Source: Nemertoderma westbladi
Taxonomy: Eukaryota; Animalia; Xenacoelomorpha
Assembly: GCA_032718475.1 (NCBI GenBank)
Contig: JAUCBJ010002518.1
Coordinates: 18,498 to 82,497, forward strand
Length of the DNA stretch: 64,000 nucleotides
Direction of reading: 5' to 3'
In this document: positions 59,867 through 64,000 of the stretch, piece after piece
How the letters are laid out: every line of letters begins with the position of its first letter
Numbering within the stretch: position 1 is the stretch's first letter
Notes under the pieces: model-generated
The model's database searches: none
The model's input: only the letters and a program-made list of their open reading frames with translations
What the model was told of the DNA's origin: nothing
Program-made: the position numbers and the translations under genes

Positions 59867-62167
59867 GATTGGTTTCGACTAGTGTAGTGAATCAAATACT
59901 TGTCAAAGGCTAAAAGTGATTTATTATATAGAAGACATCCTAATTTGGCGGGTTAAACTGCCAAAGGTCTGAAAGCGCGAACAATAACGGATATAGCTTC
60001 TGTATTGCAGTAGGCAATAAAGCTGAAGTACCGGTACCGGCAACCGGTACCCAGTAGGCCTGACTACCTAACCACCCGGACCGGTACCTACAGCAGTACA
60101 GGTACAGCAGTATTATTCGATTTTGATTATTATATACCAGTAGGTCTTAATAATTAATCGGGGACGCCTGGTTTTTATTGGGATTTTACTTAGGCCTATT
60201 TCTGTCAGTTTTATTTGTTTGTAGGCCAGTATTGAACAGAAGGCGTGTAAGCCTGATCATATTGTACAGACAATTTGTAGGCTGAGCTGTTGTCTGATTG
60301 TTGTTAAGTCTGAACGGATTGCAGTGTGTGTAGAGCATCTGTCCGATAAAGAACGGTTAGGAAGTAGGGGCAGCCAATGCTGTAAGGTAAACCCCCATCT
60401 AAAGAATAAGTCGTACTACTGAGTTAGAGCGCATACTACATAATCATTTCAGAGTCTGCATGTCCTGTAGTTTATTTAGGCTTGAGAGTAGTCTGCCATC
60501 GTTGAGTCTGTACTTTGTTTGTGTAAGTCTGTACAGGTAGCGTATAATATTTATTTAGATAATTTGTAGGCTGGATAGTTGTCTGGCTGTTATTAGGTCT
60601 GAATGGATTGCAGCGTGTGTAGATCACTTGTCCGATAAAGAACGGTTAGGAAGTAGGGGCAGCGAATGCTGTAAGGTAAACCCCCAACTAAAGAATAAGT
60701 CGTACTACTGGGTTAGAACGCATACTACCTAATTATTTCGGAGTCTGCATATACCGTAGTTTGTTTAGGCTTGATAGTAGTCTGTCAGTGTTCGGTCTGC
60801 ATTTTGTTTGAGTAGTTTGTACGCGTAGCGTAATATTTATTATTCAGAGTTTATGCGATTATCCGCAACATTCATTCCCCAAGTTTGTTCCTACAGTAAT
60901 TGTGTTTGTTATACATACCGCTATAGTTAAATTAACCCCGGTACTACACGGGCTGCTTGGCGTAGGTAAAGACTGGTGATTTTGTGCATCGGTCACTCCA
61001 GCAGATGCCGTGGTTCTTTTAGCTGTTCAAGTATATTTAACTACAGATTATATGTTATACAAGTACTCGTACCTAATTTAGGGTTTAGTGTACAGTGCTT
61101 TCCGAAAGTAATTAGTGTAGGCATTACATTCGTGTTGTAAAGTGGTTGATAGGCACTTTCGATTAGCTCTATTAACTTCTAGGTGGGAACACTCCGTGAT
61201 ACATAACGTAGTACCTGTAGCGATACGGCTATAGGTCGTCAGGCGGTGGTATTTTCCTATCTGGACAACGCAGTGTATTTGCTGCTACGTATTATTTTCA
61301 AATACCGCAGTACCCTGTCCGTTGTAATAACCAGATTTCTAACCCTTTGTTAGGCTGGTTTGTAGACTTCTTGTAAAATTACCCTAAAAATTAGTATTTT
61401 GTGTTTTTGTAAATTTTTGTGTTTATTTAGAGATTGTAATCTCACCTGAATTGTACGTAATTTGTAGTATTAAGTAACTTAGGTAAATTAGAATTATTTG
61501 TTTTAGTGTCCTATAAGTAACACTTCACTGAAAGCGCACCGCTTTGTGTAGTGTTCCCCCGAAATAATAACATTTATTTCAAACATTGACAAAACCCATT
61601 AAAACGGGTATATATATATTATAAATCAAATCTAACGATTTATAAATAGTAGGCCTACCATACAACCATTAGGTCTCCATATCAGTTGGTCTACTGCTCA
61701 AATAGCGGTAATAAAGTAAGTAAAGTAACCAAGTAACCCTAAAAATTCAGAAATTCAATTATTTAAAGTATTTGACATACCGGTATTTACGATAGGCCTA
61801 TTATCTTTATTTCTATAAATTTAGGCTGAAATTATACCGGTACTTTATAATTAATTCTAGTCCAGAATTATAATTATATATACTACAAAACTGTAAGCTG
61901 TATACCGGTATTCCTGATAGGCCTATTATATATTTATATACATTTGTGCTAAAATTATACCGGTATTCTGTGATAAACCTAGTCTGTAATAATACTTATA
62001 TAGTTATATGTACCATAAGCATACCGGTGTTCTAATATATTATATATATATCCTACTACACTGAGTAGCAGTACCGGTAATTAATTACTAGGCTAGCAGT
62101 TAATACTGAGTTACTAGACTTGCTCAGACTGTAATACAGCAGTAGACATTCAACGGTATACATAGAC

Positions 62168-64000
62168 ATGTCTGATACTAAGCAGAACCTGTCAGACAGT
62201 TTATTAGATGTAACTATCTGCGACTCAGATAGAGACGTAGAACCGTCTTGTCGTAAGTTCAGTTCACCTCCCACTGTGAGGAAGGTCATCCCTCCAGTAG
62301 TAATAAAAGAACCTAGGCTGGTCCAACATCGTAGGTCTGTCATAGGCACTCGAGCTCAGGTCAAGCGGAACCAAGAAGCAGCGGAACAGCAACAACCCGC
62401 GAGCCAAGAACTTACTTCTCAACGGCCCGATAGCTCCAGTAGTGAAGATACGGTAGAACTGACACCCGAACGCGGAGCAAGGATGATGGATGAGGCTTAT
62501 TCAGATCCCCTTCTCATCCTTCCTGCAGCCGTACTCACTAGGTTATTGATCGCTGTGGAAGAACACCAGATCGATTGGGCGAGAAGCCAGCGTTCAACTA
62601 GAGATAGTTATGCGGGATACACGAGTGAAGAACTGAAGTCTATTGTCGAGTCGCAATGGAACTTCCCCGGACCCGGACTCCCGTTTGATTTATCAGAAGC
62701 TGCCTGGGAAGACATACACCGGATGGGAGTAGCCAAGGAAACCATCGATCCAGCTGTGTGGAAGAGGTCCGCAGCCGGATACGCACAGGGATTCTTCAGC
62801 TCTATAGAGCGATTAAAAGAACAACTGTTTCATCAACCTCAAGGACCTCAAGAGCAGGGATTGCTGCTTTATCAAGTTAGAGAAAGAATTCTACGAATCA
62901 GGCTAATCTTATCGGCCTTTGAGGAGGCTTCTAAACGAAGACAAGACACGTCGTTGCAAGTCGCCGTAAAGACTTGGTTTCAAAGGGTGAATCTCCAGGT
63001 TCAAGGAACAGCTCAGTGGAAAGCTCAGCTAGAGGAGCGATCAACCCATGGAGAATCAACAGACGCTACTTTTTCCCAAGTGGAAAGTGAAGCGACGGCA
63101 GAGAAACCGCATAAGAGGGATGCCATTGACATCTATCTGTCAGACTATCAACGTTTTTTAGGTGATGACGAGTTGAGGAGAAGGTTAGAGGGGCTTACCC
63201 CTAATAGTGAAGGAACCAAGCTTGTGCTGGATGCCATCGATGTGGAAATGAGAGCTGCGAACCAGGCTAAATTTGATGAACAACTCCGCATCACACGAGT
63301 CCAGGAGGAGCAAATCAAGAAAAAACTTATAGAAGACAGAAAGACAGCGGCAGTGGCAGCAGCAGTGGCAGCGGCAGAAGCAGAAAGAAAAGCGGCAGTG
63401 GCAGCGGCAGAGGCAGAGGCAGAAGCCGAAAGAAAAGTGGCAGCGGCAGAGGCAGAGGCAGAAGCCGAAAGAAAAGTGGCAGCGGCAGAGGCAGAGGCAG
63501 AAGCCGAAAGAAAAGTGGCAGCGGCAGCGGCCGAAGCAGAAAGAAAGGCGGCTGTAACAGCGGTCGAGGCAGTAGCAGAAGCAGAACGGAGAGCTTCCGA
63601 AGAAACCACCCAATTAGAATTGGAAAACATTCAGGAGAATCAAGACTGCATAAATAAACAGTTAACAGCTAGTAATATGCAGATGATGAATCGATCTACT
63701 CCCAAAAGACAGGGATATACATCATCTGAGGAAGGCGATACCACCGATACTGAAGGCAAAGGAAATAGATCTCGTCTAAGCAGACGTAAAAGAACATTCC
63801 ACCGTCAGAAATTGCCTGATTTGCCTCCAGCTGTTAGAAGGCAATTAAATAACACCAACTTAGGTAGTACAGAGCCCACAGACCAAATAATTAAAATAGA
63901 AAGACTCCCTACTATAGTAGATGAGCCTGAAATAATTAGGCCTGTTCTTGAAATCACCCCTTCGGTGATAGATACACCTGTGCTCCCTGAAACTACCTCT
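62168..64000 (+). CDS. Element C gag(-pol) N-terminus, open to the window end
   Basis: ATG at 62168 (MSDTKQNLSDSLLDV...QWNFPGPGLPFDLSEAAWED...AAAEAEAEAERK...LPTIVDEPEIIRPV). No stop seen; aligns with the disrupted gag of element A. Confidence 0.85.
   Translation, partial: MSDTKQNLSDSLLDVTICDSDRDVEPSCRKFSSPPTVRKVIPPVVIKEPRLVQHRRSVIGTRAQVKRNQEAAEQQQPASQELTSQRPDSSSSEDTVELTPERGARMMDEAYSDPLLILPAAVLTRLLIAVEEHQIDWARSQRSTRDSYAGYTSEELKSIVESQWNFPGPGLPFDLSEAAWEDIHRMGVAKETIDPAVWKRSAAGYAQGFFSSIERLKEQLFHQPQGPQEQGLLLYQVRERILRIRLILSAFEEASKRRQDTSLQVAVKTWFQRVNLQVQGTAQWKAQLEERSTHGESTDATFSQVESEATAEKPHKRDAIDIYLSDYQRFLGDDELRRRLEGLTPNSEGTKLVLDAIDVEMRAANQAKFDEQLRITRVQEEQIKKKLIEDRKTAAVAAAVAAAEAERKAAVAAAEAEAEAERKVAAAEAEAEAERKVAAAEAEAEAERKVAAAAAEAERKAAVTAVEAVAEAERRASEETTQLELENIQENQDCINKQLTASNMQMMNRSTPKRQGYTSSEEGDTTDTEGKGNRSRLSRRKRTFHRQKLPDLPPAVRRQLNNTNLGSTEPTDQIIKIERLPTIVDEPEIIRPVLEITPSVIDTPVLPETTS

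Larger units (their letters stand above)
58729..64000 (+). mobile_element. BEL/Pao element C (LTR, ~2.3-kb leader, gag), continues beyond the window
   Basis: Collinear, diverged homologue of element A. Confidence 0.88.

Noticed and set aside
59870-59885. TGG-initiated canonical tRNA PBS for family A/C
   Set aside because: The sequence after TGG differs between A and C and matches no tRNA 3' end I recognise, while it covaries with the LTR. Not fully excluded without the host tRNA set.

Overview
AT-rich metazoan (invertebrate-like) genomic DNA, not prokaryotic. The backbone is a + strand DEG/ENaC (ASIC-like) ion-channel gene. Three phase-compatible exons (2013-2212, 4002-4212, 50702-50933) are visible, with a 46.5-kb intron. 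That intron holds an antisense, intronless NSUN7-like gene lacking both catalytic cysteines. It also holds a 36.9-kb Polinton/Maverick-terminated composite (AGTAGT...ACTACT ends, GGAAAC TSD) containing nested BEL/Pao LTR retrotransposons, a LINE fragment and a solo LTR. After the third exon, a ~166-copy 47-bp satellite amplifies the exon end and splice donor, and a further BEL/Pao element runs off the window. The most interesting signal is that neither BEL/Pao family has a recognisable tRNA primer-binding site. In every LTR/internal junction seen, the bases directly after the LTR are complementary to a segment inside the LTR, pairing stops exactly at the LTR boundary, and the sequences covary between variants. 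This suggests tRNA-independent self-priming. One family also carries an extra ORF after pol encoding a DEDDy-type 3'-5' exonuclease plus three CCHC zinc knuckles, preceded by an array of GGTAC-loop-GTACC mini-hairpins. All calls come from reading the sequence by eye; no database searches or folding programs were run.
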